A stretch of DNA of 64,000 nucleotides from Minisyncoccota bacterium (GCA_041659085.1 JBAZYZ010000001.1:4884-68883), one strand, 5' to 3'; shown: positions 1 through 12,970, numbered from the stretch's first letter. Numbers and translations: made by a program. Notes: a model not told the origin generated them from the letters alone.

Positions 1-2
1 CA

Positions 3-287
3 TTGGCCCTGCAGATGGAAGCAATTCAGCCAATTGTGAATAAGGATACGGTGACGGAGGTGATTAGAGAAGAAAGTAGGGCGTTTGTTTGTATTGGAGA
101 TATTGTTTCTAGGGAAGATTTAAAAAAGTTTGATGAACAGACTGATTTACTTACTAAGTTCGTTAAGGAAAGACAATTAAATACGCAAGAAAGAAAAGAA
201 TTTAGGACAGCTTTTTATGAAAAAGTTGGAAGCTACGCCTCGTTGGAGAGGTTATGCGATCTTGATTATTCAACGTTACCTAACTAG
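3..287 (+). CDS. hypothetical protein, C-terminal fragment (5' end outside window)
   Basis: ORF open at the window edge with stop at 285-287; no recognisable motifs. Confidence 0.3.
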   Translation: MALQMEAIQPIVNKDTVTEVIREESRAFVCIGDIVSREDLKKFDEQTDLLTKFVKERQLNTQERKEFRTAFYEKVGSYASLERLCDLDYSTLPN

Positions 288-293
288 AAAATT

Positions 294-3200
294 ATGAATT
301 TGTTTTCAACAAGAAATAAAGTATTCTTGTTCGTAGCAATAACAGCATTGTCTCCATTTTTTGTTTTTGCTCAATCCCAAAATCCTATTTGTTCACGCAC
401 AGGATATACGATTGAGGCACTCAATGGAGTATTCACCAATAGGGAAGGGGCAGTTGAAAACAGTAGTGCTTTACAACGTAAGTTACCGCCCACATACCAC
501 AACGAGCCTTTAACAGTTGACTATATTCTTAACCCCTCCCACCTAGGCGGCTTGGGGGACATTGCTAAGGCTGTGGAGCAAAAAGTTTTTGATTATGAAA
601 CGGTAGAGGACTATGACCTTACGAACATGCTCATTGACGCGAGTCAAAAAGTAAAAACTCAAAAACTCCTGCTAATTGGCCATTCCCAGGGTAATTTTTA
701 TGCCAACTCCATCTATGATAAGTTGGCCGGGAAACAAGGAGGGGTTCCCAAAGAATCAATCCGTGTTTATTCCGTAGCCACGCCATCAGCGCGTGTGGCC
801 GGGGAAGGCAAATGGCTCACTTCCGATACAGACAAGATTATTTCCGGTCTCGTGGCTCGTGTTCTGGGGAGAGACATTAAAAAACCTAATATTCACATTG
901 ACCTTGGTCCTAATGGCGTAGGTCACAGTTTTTCCGAGGTGTATTTAAAGTACCAGCCCGGACGAATTATTTCCGACATTGAAGCTTCACTCCAGCAACT
1001 TAAGGAAAATGATGTTCAGAATGAAATCAGTCCGTGCTTTACTCCGCCAGATGTTACTTCCGCCTATAAAGTACAGGGAGCGTTGCTTACGGTCACGGAC
1101 TTTGCATCCGATAGAATCGCGTATGGAGTAACGTCCACCGCAAAAGTTGTTCGCGATACCGGCTTGGCGTTAGGCGGCATTGTGAATCAGACCGCATCAG
1201 CTGTACTGTCCATAACCACCGGTCGAAGCGAGAATTCCACGGACAATAACCAAAAACAAGTTGCTGCGGCGGCTGTTACTCAAAACAAAAATAACGACAC
1301 CACCGCTCCGTCCGGCGAAGACACGGCAATAGTTGATTCCGCTCTAATTTCTCCACCCGCTAACTTGGAAGCCGAACTCCCAAGTAGAGCAGGGTCGCCC
1401 AACTTGGAGGCTCAGCCTCCAAGCGTCGCGCAAACTAACAATCCTCCAACCCCGCAAATTAATTTCAGCATGTCGCCCGGGTTTGGGGGTGGTGGAGGGG
1501 GCACGCCTGCGATAGTGAATGATGTCCGGCAACAAATGGATAGTGGTGATACAGATGAGGCCACTACTGCAGCTTCCACAACTTGCGATGATTTATTGGC
1601 AACTAATTTCGGCGGTTCTTTACCATGCTTGTACCCGCCAGAAGCTCCGCTTAAACCCACAATAATTTCCCCCACAGATTTTTCCGCGCCGTTTGCCACG
1701 ACTACGCTCACGTTTGTCGGCACATCTTCGCCAGGTTTTATTATTTCAAACACTCTAACCAGCGCCACTACGACCGCAGATGGCGCAGGCGGTTGGACTC
1801 TAGTTTTTAGTAATCTTTCCGAAGGCGACATGAATATAAATTTTATCGCCACCGATTTATCCGGCGCGACTTCTACCCCAAGTCAAATTTCTTTTAATAT
1901 AGTTTTGCCGCGCCCCAATCCTCCTTTAATTTCTTCACCCACATTCCCGCTTCAGATTATGAACTCCCAATCAATTACTTTCATGGGCTCTACCACCCCC
2001 GGCTTTTCCGTATCTAACAATTACACAGACGCTACCACTACCGCCGATTCTTCCGGTTCTTGGTCTTTTTCTTTTATTAATCTTTCTGAAGGCACAACTA
2101 CAATAAGTTTTTACGCAACAGACATGACCACAAACGTGTGGCCAGCCGGACTCCAATCGGAGGCAAGAACAGTTTCGTTTAATGTTTTTAACTATTCACC
2201 CCAAGCGAGCGGTCCATCAGTCGGTGAGTGCGCGTATTCCCTGACACCCTACCCTGACTGCTATCTTCCTGCCGGACAGGCCACTCTTTCGTGGGCAGTA
2301 AATTCCCCAAATTATAGATATTTTGAAATCATGCGGGGCACTTTTAGCTTTACCACGGGGCGGACAGCCTATTCTCTTTTTGCCACGACTACCGCGACTT
2401 CAACGGTAATACAAACAACAGAGACGGATTCCTCGTATGTTTTTCAGGTACGTAGTGTTGATATTTTCGGGACGATTCAAGACGCGAATAGTCAGGTTAC
2501 TTTTTATATGGCCCATTCCCCGCCAGTTTCCATAACTGAAGTCGCCTGGGCTGGTACAGCCGCCTCACCGGGAGACCGGTGGATTGAATTGAAAAACAAT
2601 TTTGACTTTGGCATTGACCTTTCTCTTTTCCGGCTTACTTCCGACTCAGGCTTAAACAGAGTTCTTTCTGGAATCATACCCGGACTCGGCTACGCAATCA
2701 TTGATTTGAGCCAGGATGGGCGCGCCTTAACGGGCGTTTCTACCGCTTCAACTTCCGTACCGTATTTTCTCTCTGCAAGCGGCGATGTCCTCTACTTGAT
2801 ATACGACGGGGGAGTTTCCACTACAACTATTGATCAAACACCACCGGTCGCAGGTTGTGGCGGCTGGTGCGGCGGTTCCACTTCCAACTACATGACCATG
2901 GAAAGACGGCAGGTGGAAACCGCCGGCTCAGATAAAAATAATTGGCTGTCAAACAACGCCACTACTGTAAATGGTGGAGATAGAAACGGTGCCGCCATAA
3001 ACGGCACGCCTGGCACGCAAAATAGCGTGTCAATGGGAGGAGTCGGTTTCTATTGCTCACCCTACAGGACGAGTTTTGTGGAAGGAGGAATTTATTTGCC
3101 AAACGTGTCCTCGTCTGGTTATGCGGACTGCTTCTTTTTGTCTCCGGGTTTGTCCGGTCTTCGGGTCGGAGGTCTCTATAAGGGAGTATTGGGGAACTCA

Positions 3201-3437
3201 ACATACCTTGATGGGTGGTATAACAATGGTGATCAAAATGCATCCCGCCATCAAAGTTTAAATATTGGCCAGCCTAATTTAGGCGACAATTATTTCTCTG
3301 TCGTCAGAGAGCTCCATAATCCTTCTATCAGCGCCGAGGAAAGAGCGTCCTTTGATGATTTCTTTACCGGGTCAAACGGTGTTGTTTCTCCGCCGTACTC
3401 AAATTACGAAATCATAAATTGGAAGTACGGGTTGTAG
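294..3437 (+). CDS. large secreted multidomain surface protein: signal peptide, alpha/beta-hydrolase (lipase/esterase-like, GHSQG nucleophile elbow), S/T/P/G-rich linker, two tandem ~80-aa Ig-like repeats, C-terminal lamin-tail domain (LTD)
   Basis: ATG at 294; 1047-aa ORF; N-terminal hydrophobic signal peptide; 'LLLIGHSQGNF' GXSXG motif; internal repeats PTDFSAPFATTTLTFVGTSSPGFIISN... / PTFPLQIMNSQSITFMGSTTPGFSVSN...; 'ITEVAWAGTAASPGDRWIELKNN' LTD-like motif. Confidence 0.8.
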   Translation: MNLFSTRNKVFLFVAITALSPFFVFAQSQNPICSRTGYTIEALNGVFTNREGAVENSSALQRKLPPTYHNEPLTVDYILNPSHLGGLGDIAKAVEQKVFDYETVEDYDLTNMLIDASQKVKTQKLLLIGHSQGNFYANSIYDKLAGKQGGVPKESIRVYSVATPSARVAGEGKWLTSDTDKIISGLVARVLGRDIKKPNIHIDLGPNGVGHSFSEVYLKYQPGRIISDIEASLQQLKENDVQNEISPCFTPPDVTSAYKVQGALLTVTDFASDRIAYGVTSTAKVVRDTGLALGGIVNQTASAVLSITTGRSENSTDNNQKQVAAAAVTQNKNNDTTAPSGEDTAIVDSALISPPANLEAELPSRAGSPNLEAQPPSVAQTNNPPTPQINFSMSPGFGGGGGGTPAIVNDVRQQMDSGDTDEATTAASTTCDDLLATNFGGSLPCLYPPEAPLKPTIISPTDFSAPFATTTLTFVGTSSPGFIISNTLTSATTTADGAGGWTLVFSNLSEGDMNINFIATDLSGATSTPSQISFNIVLPRPNPPLISSPTFPLQIMNSQSITFMGSTTPGFSVSNNYTDATTTADSSGSWSFSFINLSEGTTTISFYATDMTTNVWPAGLQSEARTVSFNVFNYSPQASGPSVGECAYSLTPYPDCYLPAGQATLSWAVNSPNYRYFEIMRGTFSFTTGRTAYSLFATTTATSTVIQTTETDSSYVFQVRSVDIFGTIQDANSQVTFYMAHSPPVSITEVAWAGTAASPGDRWIELKNNFDFGIDLSLFRLTSDSGLNRVLSGIIPGLGYAIIDLSQDGRALTGVSTASTSVPYFLSASGDVLYLIYDGGVSTTTIDQTPPVAGCGGWCGGSTSNYMTMERRQVETAGSDKNNWLSNNATTVNGGDRNGAAINGTPGTQNSVSMGGVGFYCSPYRTSFVEGGIYLPNVSSSGYADCFFLSPGLSGLRVGGLYKGVLGNSTYLDGWYNNGDQNASRHQSLNIGQPNLGDNYFSVVRELHNPSISAEERASFDDFFTGSNGVVSPPYSNYEIINWKYGL

Positions 3438-3515
3438 CGGCAGGCTTCACTTTTCCCGGCATGGGAGTAGAATAAAAACAGAGTTTGCCGCGTAACTTTA
3501 ACAGGGGGATAAGAG

Positions 3516-4007
3516 ATGAGTTTTCCCAGGGATGGCAAGAAAGAACCGCTCCTTTTGCGGAATTACCACTGTCCGCCGGTTTTTTGCGGCAGCGATTTCA
3601 GACCGCTTGCTTACAGCTCAATATGGTTCTTTAACCCGAGTGAGGTGAGGGATTGCATACGCAGGAATCCCCTCTGGCGCGATTTTTGCCTGGAGTCCAA
3701 GCCAAACTATTTCAATGTCCTCGTCACGATGCTTACCATCGTGTCTGCCATGGTTGACACGAGAAATCAAAGAAAGAAGAAGTGGGCGGGGCAGGGGGTT
3801 TGCTTCCTGGCGAGAGAATTTGCTCTTAAGCCGAATGAAGGCGGCCAGTTCATTTTGTTGCGGAACTTCCTAACAGGAGAGCGTTCCGGTGAAATAATTC
3901 CTTCTGTTATTCCGCTTATTCTGCCGCAGGCGATTCTCGCTGAGACGAAGGATGACGGGAGCAAGGTTGTCCTCGAATCCATCAACCCAAAGATAACCGG
4001 TAGATAA
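3516..4007 (+). CDS. hypothetical protein (doubtful; region may be non-coding)
   Basis: ATG with upstream GGGGGA; Cys/Trp/Arg-rich composition atypical for the neighbouring proteins; ends just before the terminator at 4024-4056. Confidence 0.25.
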   Translation: MSFPRDGKKEPLLLRNYHCPPVFCGSDFRPLAYSSIWFFNPSEVRDCIRRNPLWRDFCLESKPNYFNVLVTMLTIVSAMVDTRNQRKKKWAGQGVCFLAREFALKPNEGGQFILLRNFLTGERSGEIIPSVIPLILPQAILAETKDDGSKVVLESINPKITGR

Positions 4008-4023
4008 CTTGTTCCGGATAATC

Positions 4024-4056
4024 AAAAAGCCCCGCCAGGAACGGGGCTTTTTTATT
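4024..4056 (+). terminator. rho-independent terminator
   Basis: aaaaagccccgccaggaacggggcttttttatt: GC stem plus T-tract. Confidence 0.7.
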
Positions 4057-4123
4057 TGAGTTTGTTGTAATCAGATTTAAAGGTCTTGTTTTACTAGAAA
4101 TCGCTGGCCAAAAAACTAATTTT

Positions 4124-4630
4124 ATGGAGGGAATACAAGAACGCAATAATCAGGGTGTTTGGAATTTTATTTTCGCGCTATTATATCTGGCGGTTTTTGG
4201 CTTGGGGTTGTGGTGGCTTACGCGGGTAAACGGCAAACTGCCGACCTCAATCAATCTTTTTGATTTCACACTTATTGTTCTGGCGACTTTCCGTCTGACC
4301 CGTCTTTTTGTTTATGACAAGATTACAAAATTTGTCCGCGACTGGTTTCTGGATGGGCGGGAGCTAACAACAAGCGCCGGCGATGTCTTGTTTTTGAGAG
4401 AAAAGCCCTTGGACGGTCCGCGTCGGACAATGGCTGATTTGCTCTCATGTCCGTGGTGCGCGGGTGCCTGGTTCGCGCCGCTTGTAGCTTTCTTTTATTT
4501 CCTGACCCCGTCGGCTTGGTTTGTAATTTTAGTCCTGGCAATCGCTGGCGCTGCTTCATTTATCCAGGTTCTTTCCAATATGCTCGGCTGGAGGGCGGAG
4601 TATCTGAAGCGGGAGGTAAACAAAGAATAG
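4124..4630 (+). CDS. integral membrane protein (DUF1360-like)
   Basis: 168-aa ORF with ATG start; 3-4 predicted TM helices; 'RLTRLFVYDKIT' and 'CPWCAGAW' motifs. Confidence 0.6.
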   Translation: MEGIQERNNQGVWNFIFALLYLAVFGLGLWWLTRVNGKLPTSINLFDFTLIVLATFRLTRLFVYDKITKFVRDWFLDGRELTTSAGDVLFLREKPLDGPRRTMADLLSCPWCAGAWFAPLVAFFYFLTPSAWFVILVLAIAGAASFIQVLSNMLGWRAEYLKREVNKE

Positions 4631-4639
4631 ATTTGACAG

Positions 4640-4920
4640 TAAGCCGGTGTTTTAGTATCTTTGTATTTACAAGCTCGTAGAAAGCAGGCGGTCCGCAAGA
4701 CCTTAATCAAAGCCTGCCTAGGGTCGATACTCAACCCCGGCATTAAGCCGGGTGCTTGTACGACTCCATCCGGAGTCGTTTCAAATTTTTGGTAAATTAA
4801 CGAGTGTAAACGAGTATAATTTAGCAACCCTGTTAAATAATTTTGTTACCGCAAAATTAGACCAAGGGTCTATTTAACAGGGTGATGATTTTAATAGTCG
4901 TTTCACTCCTTAAAAATCAA
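4640..4920 (+). promoter_or_regulatory. structured 5' leader upstream of rplJ (possible L10 autoregulatory leader)
   Basis: ~280 nt non-coding with several GC stems (ggcggtccgcaagacc; ccggcattaagccggg; ggagtcg...) directly upstream of rplJ. Confidence 0.3.
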
Positions 4921-4922
4921 TC

Positions 4923-5423
4923 ATGGCCATTACAAAACAAAAGAAAGTAGAAATCGTGGACAAGTTCAGGAAAGCCGTTTCAGGTGCTGTCTCTTTGGTG
5001 TTTGTTAATTTCCACGGCCTTACCGTGGTTGATTCAACGAAACTTAGGAAGGTTCTTAAGTCCAAATCAATCGGCTATACGGTCGGCAAAAAAACACTCA
5101 TCAAGAGAGCTTTGGATGAAACCAAAACTGAAGGCGAACTGCCGGAGCTTGGCGGAGAAGTAGCCCTAGTTTACGGGAATGACCCTATAGAACCCGCGCG
5201 CGAAATATATTCTTTCTTGAGGGAGCACAAAGACAAGATGAAAATCTTGGGTGGTGTTTTTGAAGGAAAGTATATGAACGCCGTTGCGATGACAGAAATC
5301 GCAACCATACCGTCCAGGGAAGTTCTTTACGGCAAGTTGGTTTACATGTTCGCAAGCCCGGTTCGCGGTTTGGCAATAGCTTTAAGTGAAATAGCCAAGT
5401 CAAAAGAGGGTAACGCCGCATAG
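4923..5423 (+). CDS. rplJ: 50S ribosomal protein L10
   Basis: MAITKQKKVEIVDKFRK... typical L10 N-terminus; followed by rplL. Confidence 0.9.
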   Translation: MAITKQKKVEIVDKFRKAVSGAVSLVFVNFHGLTVVDSTKLRKVLKSKSIGYTVGKKTLIKRALDETKTEGELPELGGEVALVYGNDPIEPAREIYSFLREHKDKMKILGGVFEGKYMNAVAMTEIATIPSREVLYGKLVYMFASPVRGLAIALSEIAKSKEGNAA

Positions 5424-5464
5424 GCAAAAAAGGAGACAATATTTAACAAATAATAATTAAAATT

Positions 5465-5854
5465 ATGTCAGAAGAAACAAAAGTTGAAGTTCCTGCAAAG
5501 TTCAAGAAACTTGTTGAGGAAATTGAAACTATGTCGGTTCTTGATTTGCACGAGTTGGTTAAAGTTCTTGAAAATAAGTTTGGCGTGTCGGCGGTTGCCT
5601 CAGCCGCTCCGGCAGCAGGCGCAGGCGAAGCGGTAGAAGAGAAAGACTCCTTTACTGTGGAGCTTACGGCCCCGGGCGAGCAGAAGATTGCCGTTATGAA
5701 GGTAGTCAAGGAAGCCCTAGGTCTTGGCCTCAAGGAAGCCAAAGATTTGGTGGATGGCGTTCCCTCGGTCCTTAAGGAAGGATTGAAGAAGGCCGAAGCA
5801 GAGGAGCTCAAGAAAAAGATTGAGGATGCCGGCGGCAAGGTTACCCTTAAGTAA
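5465..5854 (+). CDS. rplL: 50S ribosomal protein L7/L12
   Basis: Ala-rich hinge plus C-terminal '[20 protein letters not shown]...[22 protein letters not shown]' L7/L12 signature. Confidence 0.92.
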   Translation: MSEETKVEVPAKFKKLVEEIETMSVLDLHELVKVLENKFGVSAVASAAPAAGAGEAVEEKDSFTVELTAPGEQKIAVMKVVKEALGLGLKEAKDLVDGVPSVLKEGLKKAEAEELKKKIEDAGGKVTLK

Positions 5855-5861
5855 CCCGCGA

Positions 5862-5900
5862 TAACCCAAACAAAAAACCGCGTTTATGGCGGTTTTTTGT
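5862..5900 (+). terminator. rho-independent terminator after rplL
   Basis: ccaaacaaaaaaccgcgtttatggcggttttttgtttgg palindrome with T-tract. Confidence 0.7.
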
Positions 5901-5977
5901 TTGGGTTATTCTTTTGTGATATATTTTGTTCAGTCGTTTTTTTTGAATTTGTTTTGTTCTTATGTGGGAGAAAAAAA

Positions 5978-6175
5978 TTGAAAAAAAGATGTCCTTGCGC
6001 AACATTCAAGCCGGTTAAGGTTACGGTTTCGGGCAAAGACGGAGTTTTTACATACAACAAGTGCAGTCTTTGCGGAGACGTGTGGGGTAAGCGCCCGCTT
6101 GTGAGCGATGAAGGCAGGGTGACGCTCCCTGCCGGTTATACGAGATATTTACAGAGCCACTCTTCCGGCGGGTAG
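5978..6175 (+). CDS. small zinc-ribbon-like protein (CxC...CxxC), hypothetical
   Basis: TTG start 7 nt after GGGAG; 65 aa; Cys pairs CPC / CSLC; the listed ORF start (5897) lies inside the rplL terminator so it was trimmed. Confidence 0.35.
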   Translation: MKKRCPCATFKPVKVTVSGKDGVFTYNKCSLCGDVWGKRPLVSDEGRVTLPAGYTRYLQSHSSGG

Positions 6176-6370
6176 ATTTTGGGCATTTTAGACCAACAAA
6201 ACGGCGCGATTTTGTTCAAAAATCGCACCGTTTTTTATTAGCGCCGCGGGGTCGATGGGGTAAGTATCCTTTCGCGCCATAGAATCAAGGGGAGAATATA
6301 AAATCACGTCATTAAAGCGGCTATTTGGAAAAACCTTTATATTTCCCCCGTTGCGTATATAATAAAAGGC

Positions 6371-7003
6371 ATGGAAATCCTGGGTAAATTATTCGGCAGC
6401 GAGGCGCGTGTGCGTATGCTCCGGCTCTTCTTTTTGAATCCCGATACCATTTTTGACGCGGGGGATATTGCGCAAAAAACAAAAACAAAACCGGCTGTTG
6501 TCCGCCGCGAGATTTCAGTCATCCAGTCAGTCGGTATTATCAGGCGCTGCTCCTTTCCAAAAGAAATTAACAGGGTCGGTAAAATCACAAAATCCAATAA
6601 GGGCAAGAAGAAAATAACGGCGGGCTGGTGTCTCGATAAGACATTTAGTCACGGCGACCATTTAAGGAATCTGCTTGTAAGCGCAAGCTTTTTTAAAAAG
6701 AACGATATTCTCAGCAAATTTAAGAATGCCGGCAGGATAAAACTTCTGGTTATTTCCGGAATCTTTATCAAAGATGAAAACAGTCGAATTGACATTTTTA
6801 TAGTCGGAGACGGGCTGAAGAAGGGGGCGATTGACAGCATACTACGTTCTTTTGAGGCGGAGGCGGGCAAGGAACTGCGTTATTCGGTTTTGGATACCAA
6901 GGAGTTTAAATACCGTCTGGATATGTACGACAAATTTGTCCGTGATATTTTGGATTACCCGCACGAGACTATAATTGACCGCTTGGGTACCGGGATTTTC
7001 TAG
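6371..7003 (+). CDS. hypothetical protein with N-terminal winged-helix-like segment (possible regulator)
   Basis: 210-aa ORF with ATG start; basic N-terminal region resembling wHTH; no firm family assignment. Confidence 0.5.
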   Translation: MEILGKLFGSEARVRMLRLFFLNPDTIFDAGDIAQKTKTKPAVVRREISVIQSVGIIRRCSFPKEINRVGKITKSNKGKKKITAGWCLDKTFSHGDHLRNLLVSASFFKKNDILSKFKNAGRIKLLVISGIFIKDENSRIDIFIVGDGLKKGAIDSILRSFEAEAGKELRYSVLDTKEFKYRLDMYDKFVRDILDYPHETIIDRLGTGIF

Positions 7004-7029
7004 GGTTAAAAAACCCTTCTCCAGCCGTG

Positions 7030-7060
7030 CCCCGACAGTAAGTAATACTTACTGTCGGGG
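7030..7060 (+). terminator. perfect 14-bp-stem hairpin terminator
   Basis: ccccgacagtaagtaatacttactgtcgggg perfect inverted repeat immediately after the 6371-7003 CDS. Confidence 0.6.
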
Positions 7061-7143
7061 TAGAGTGAATTTGGTCTGCCTGTGAATACACGTAGACAGG
7101 CGATTTTTACGCTTTAGCGCGCTGCCAAAATCTGTTACGGGAT
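7058..7143. repeat. intergenic palindromic repeat element, copy A (family CCCyGTrGyAGATTTTGGCA)
   Basis: arms gtagagtgaatttggtctgcc / gctgccaaaatctgttacggg; related to copies at 8215, 23941, 24886 and 37518. Confidence 0.55.
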
Positions 7144-7384
7144 ATCCACATGTTTCCTTTCAAAAACGCTTGCAAATGTTAAAATATAAGTAACTTTAAG
7201 GGTCGAACTTAAAGTTGTTACGCGTAGGAACTTTGGCGCTATTTGCCATTTTGGAAGGCGCGCGGTGTAAAATTCACCTAGCTTTTGCCGGACAAAAACA
7301 AAAAAGCCCCAAGACTCTTTATTAGGTAATAATAGTGTTAGCTATCCGTTTTTATTCGTTGTCTATAGCATTTGAATTTAAACG

Positions 7385-7399
7385 GTGGTTGTATAATTT
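7385..7399 (+). promoter_or_regulatory. extended -10 promoter (TGtTATAAT) abutting the start codon: candidate leaderless mRNA
   Basis: ggttgtataatttATG; -10 hexamer ends 2 nt before the ATG at 7400; no SD. Confidence 0.4.
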
Positions 7400-8092
7400 A
7401 TGTCTTTATTGGAAGTTTCGAGCAATGCGCTCGGTGGAGCGTTCTATAATCTTTGGGATGGAGTTATCAGTTCTGCCGTCAGCATAATTGTGGCAGTTAT
7501 TATTTTTGTTTTGGGCTGGGTCGTCGCATCCCTTGTTGAGAAGCTGATTGAGCAGCTTTTCAAGGCCATTATGGTCGATAAGGCTCTAAAAAGCGCCGGT
7601 GTTGAGGAAGCCCTCTCAAAGGGCGGAGTCAATTTGAATTCAGGAGCTTTCTTTGGAGGACTTGTTAAGTGGTTCCTCATCGTCGTGGTTTTGATGGCCT
7701 CGCTCCAGGTAGTCGGATTGACTCAGGTCAACGACTTCCTACGCGCGGTTGTAGGATATTTGCCGAACGTTATTGTAGCGGCGTTTATCTTGCTTGTTGC
7801 GGCAGTTGTTTCAAACGTTGTCGCACACATCGTCACGTCATCGTCCAAATCGGCCGGGGTTTCATCAGCCGGTTTCTTGGGCGGCATATCAAGGTGGGCT
7901 ATCTGGGTCTTTGCTTTCATGGCCGCGCTTGCGCAGCTTGGCATTGCCGGACAGCTTATGTTTATCCTCCTTCAGGGTATCGTAGCGATGCTTGCCATTG
8001 CCGGCGGTCTCGCTTTTGGTCTGGGAGGAAAAGAAGCGGCAGCCCGTTATATAGAAAAATTGCGCGAGGAGATTTCCAACAAAAGAGGCTAA
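7400..8092 (+). CDS. polytopic membrane protein with two internal TM-helix repeats, hypothetical
   Basis: 230 aa; 5-6 hydrophobic helices; two halves are similar (…IIVAVIIFVLGWVVASLVEK… / …VIVAAFILLVAAVVSNVVAH…). Confidence 0.65.
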   Translation: MSLLEVSSNALGGAFYNLWDGVISSAVSIIVAVIIFVLGWVVASLVEKLIEQLFKAIMVDKALKSAGVEEALSKGGVNLNSGAFFGGLVKWFLIVVVLMASLQVVGLTQVNDFLRAVVGYLPNVIVAAFILLVAAVVSNVVAHIVTSSSKSAGVSSAGFLGGISRWAIWVFAFMAALAQLGIAGQLMFILLQGIVAMLAIAGGLAFGLGGKEAAARYIEKLREEISNKRG

Positions 8093-8120
8093 CAGTTCGA
8101 CTGAGTTGGATATGTTTTAA

Positions 8121-8158
8121 TAAGAAAAACGCCCCGATTGGGGCGTTTTTCTTATTAA
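8121..8158. terminator. bidirectional hairpin terminator
   Basis: taagaaaaacgccccgattggggcgtttttcttatt: palindromic with A/T tracts on both sides. Confidence 0.65.
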
Positions 8159-8214
8159 AAAGAGGCAAGGTGACCCCTCTGTTTCTTGGTATTTTACGGT
8201 CTGGGGACATAAAA

Positions 8215-8377
8215 CGCTCTCTGTTTGACCCTGTGGCAGATTTTGGCGATGCGCCATGATGGTGTTGTTGATTTAGCGGTATTTATCTGTGAGTTTTACT
8301 ACCTTGTTTTTGGACATATTTCCGAGTGTTTTAAAGCCTTTCCGCCAAAGTTTACCGCGGGGTTGACATCGCTTTTC
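8215..8377. repeat. intergenic palindromic repeat element, copy B
   Basis: TTGAC-ccctgtggcagattttggcgatgcgcc ... ccgccaaagtttaccgcgggg-TTGAC; arms inverted; flanking TTGAC pentamers as in copy C. Confidence 0.5.
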
Positions 8378-8469
8378 TTTCATATATACTGTTCAAATCT
8401 AAGTATGTTTATTAACGAAAAACTAACCAACCGGCGTTTCAAATAAAGCCTTTTGTTAGGTTTTGTCTG

Positions 8470-8492
8470 AAACCGCCACAAGGCGGTTTTTT
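8470..8492 (+). terminator. hairpin with T-tract upstream of the 23S leader
   Basis: aaaccgccacaaggcggtttttt. Confidence 0.45.
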
Positions 8493-8704
8493 AGTTGTAA
8501 ACGTCTTAGCGTGTTCGTTGAAAATCGAATCCTGTTACCCGGTATATCCCAATTGTTATCTGGGGTCTGATTACCGGAGTAAACAGAATGTGAGACCTCG
8601 TTTCCCTGATTGTAGGGGAAATGAGATGGCGTGACTGAAGGAAGCGGTTCCGGATGTCGCGCAGCTTGCCCGAATTAATTTATTTAAGGCGGGTGAGTGC
8701 AATG

Positions 8705-12378
<3,674 letters not shown>

Positions 12379-12473
12379 CATTGCAAAAATACAATTAAAA
12401 AGAGTCGCGGAAAAAATTCCGCGCCTCGCACAAGCGCGTGACGCGCGTTTATGCGAGGCGCGAAAGTGTTTTG

Positions 12474-12549
12474 GGGTCTGTAGCTCAGTTGGGAGAGCGC
12501 TACGATGGCATCGTAGAGGTCACCGGTTCGATCCCGGTCGGGTCCACCA
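12474..12549 (+). tRNA. tRNA-Ala (anticodon GGC), CCA encoded
   Basis: Manual cloverleaf: acceptor gggtctg/cgggtcc with G3:U70; anticodon loop atGGCat; T-loop ttcgatc. Confidence 0.8.
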
Positions 12550-12593
12550 AAACATTTTTCGCCTCAAAGTTCGTCCCCGGCGAAAGTCGGCGA

Positions 12594-12666
12594 GTGGCCA
12601 TAGCTCAGCCTGGCAGAGCATCGGGCTCATACCCCAATGTCCTTGGTTCAAATCCAAGTGGCTACT
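12594..12666 (+). tRNA. tRNA-Met (anticodon CAU; elongator Met or Ile-lysidine type)
   Basis: acceptor gtggcca/tggctac; anticodon loop ctCATac; T-arm cttgg-ttcaaat-ccaag; one C-A mismatch in the anticodon stem; no encoded CCA. Confidence 0.65.
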
Positions 12667-12698
12667 CGGTTTAGATTTTTAAAAAAGTCGGGGTGTAG

Positions 12699-12772
12699 CT
12701 CAGCCCGGTAGAGCGTCTCCTCGGGGAGGAGAATGTCGGGGGTTCGAATCCCTTCACCGCGACCCGCCCGAA
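12699..12772 (+). tRNA. tRNA-Pro (anticodon GGG)
   Basis: C1-G72 pair typical of tRNA-Pro; anticodon stem tctcc/ggaga with loop tcGGGga; T-loop ttcgaat; one acceptor mismatch at 3:70. Confidence 0.6.
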
Positions 12773-12852
12773 CGGATTCATCCGGTAGGGCCACAGTTCT
12801 TTGTTTTATTTTTTTAACTCATTTTCGCGCAACTTAGCGCGTGATTGAGTGT

Positions 12853-12970
12853 CTTGTTCTGGTGATTTAATACAAGGGTCACACCTCTTCCCATTCCGAA
12901 CAGAGTCGTTAAGCCTTGCTATCGCGATGATACTCCTTGCGGGGAAAGTAGCTATCGCCAGAACAAGATA
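12853..12970 (+). rRNA. rrf: 5S ribosomal RNA
   Basis: helix I tcttgttctggtg / cgccagaacaaga; conserved cccattccgaacagag and gcggggaaagtag blocks. Confidence 0.75.

Noticed and set aside
1344-2156. Antisense ORFs (1344-1535, 1412-1852, 1971-2156) within the large surface-protein gene
   Set aside because: They are nested antisense to a strongly supported 1047-aa CDS. The repeat and low-complexity region generates spurious frames.
8225-8446. 73-aa ORF in the 8.1-8.5 kb intergenic region
   Set aside because: It lies within palindromic repeat copy B and has no start context. It is likely non-coding.
12594-12666. Initiator identity for the CAU tRNA
   Set aside because: It has three G-C pairs at the base of the anticodon stem like initiators. 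However, it has a paired G1-C72 and a pyrimidine-11:purine-24 pair, so it is more likely an elongator Met or Ile(lysidine) type. Identity is left open.
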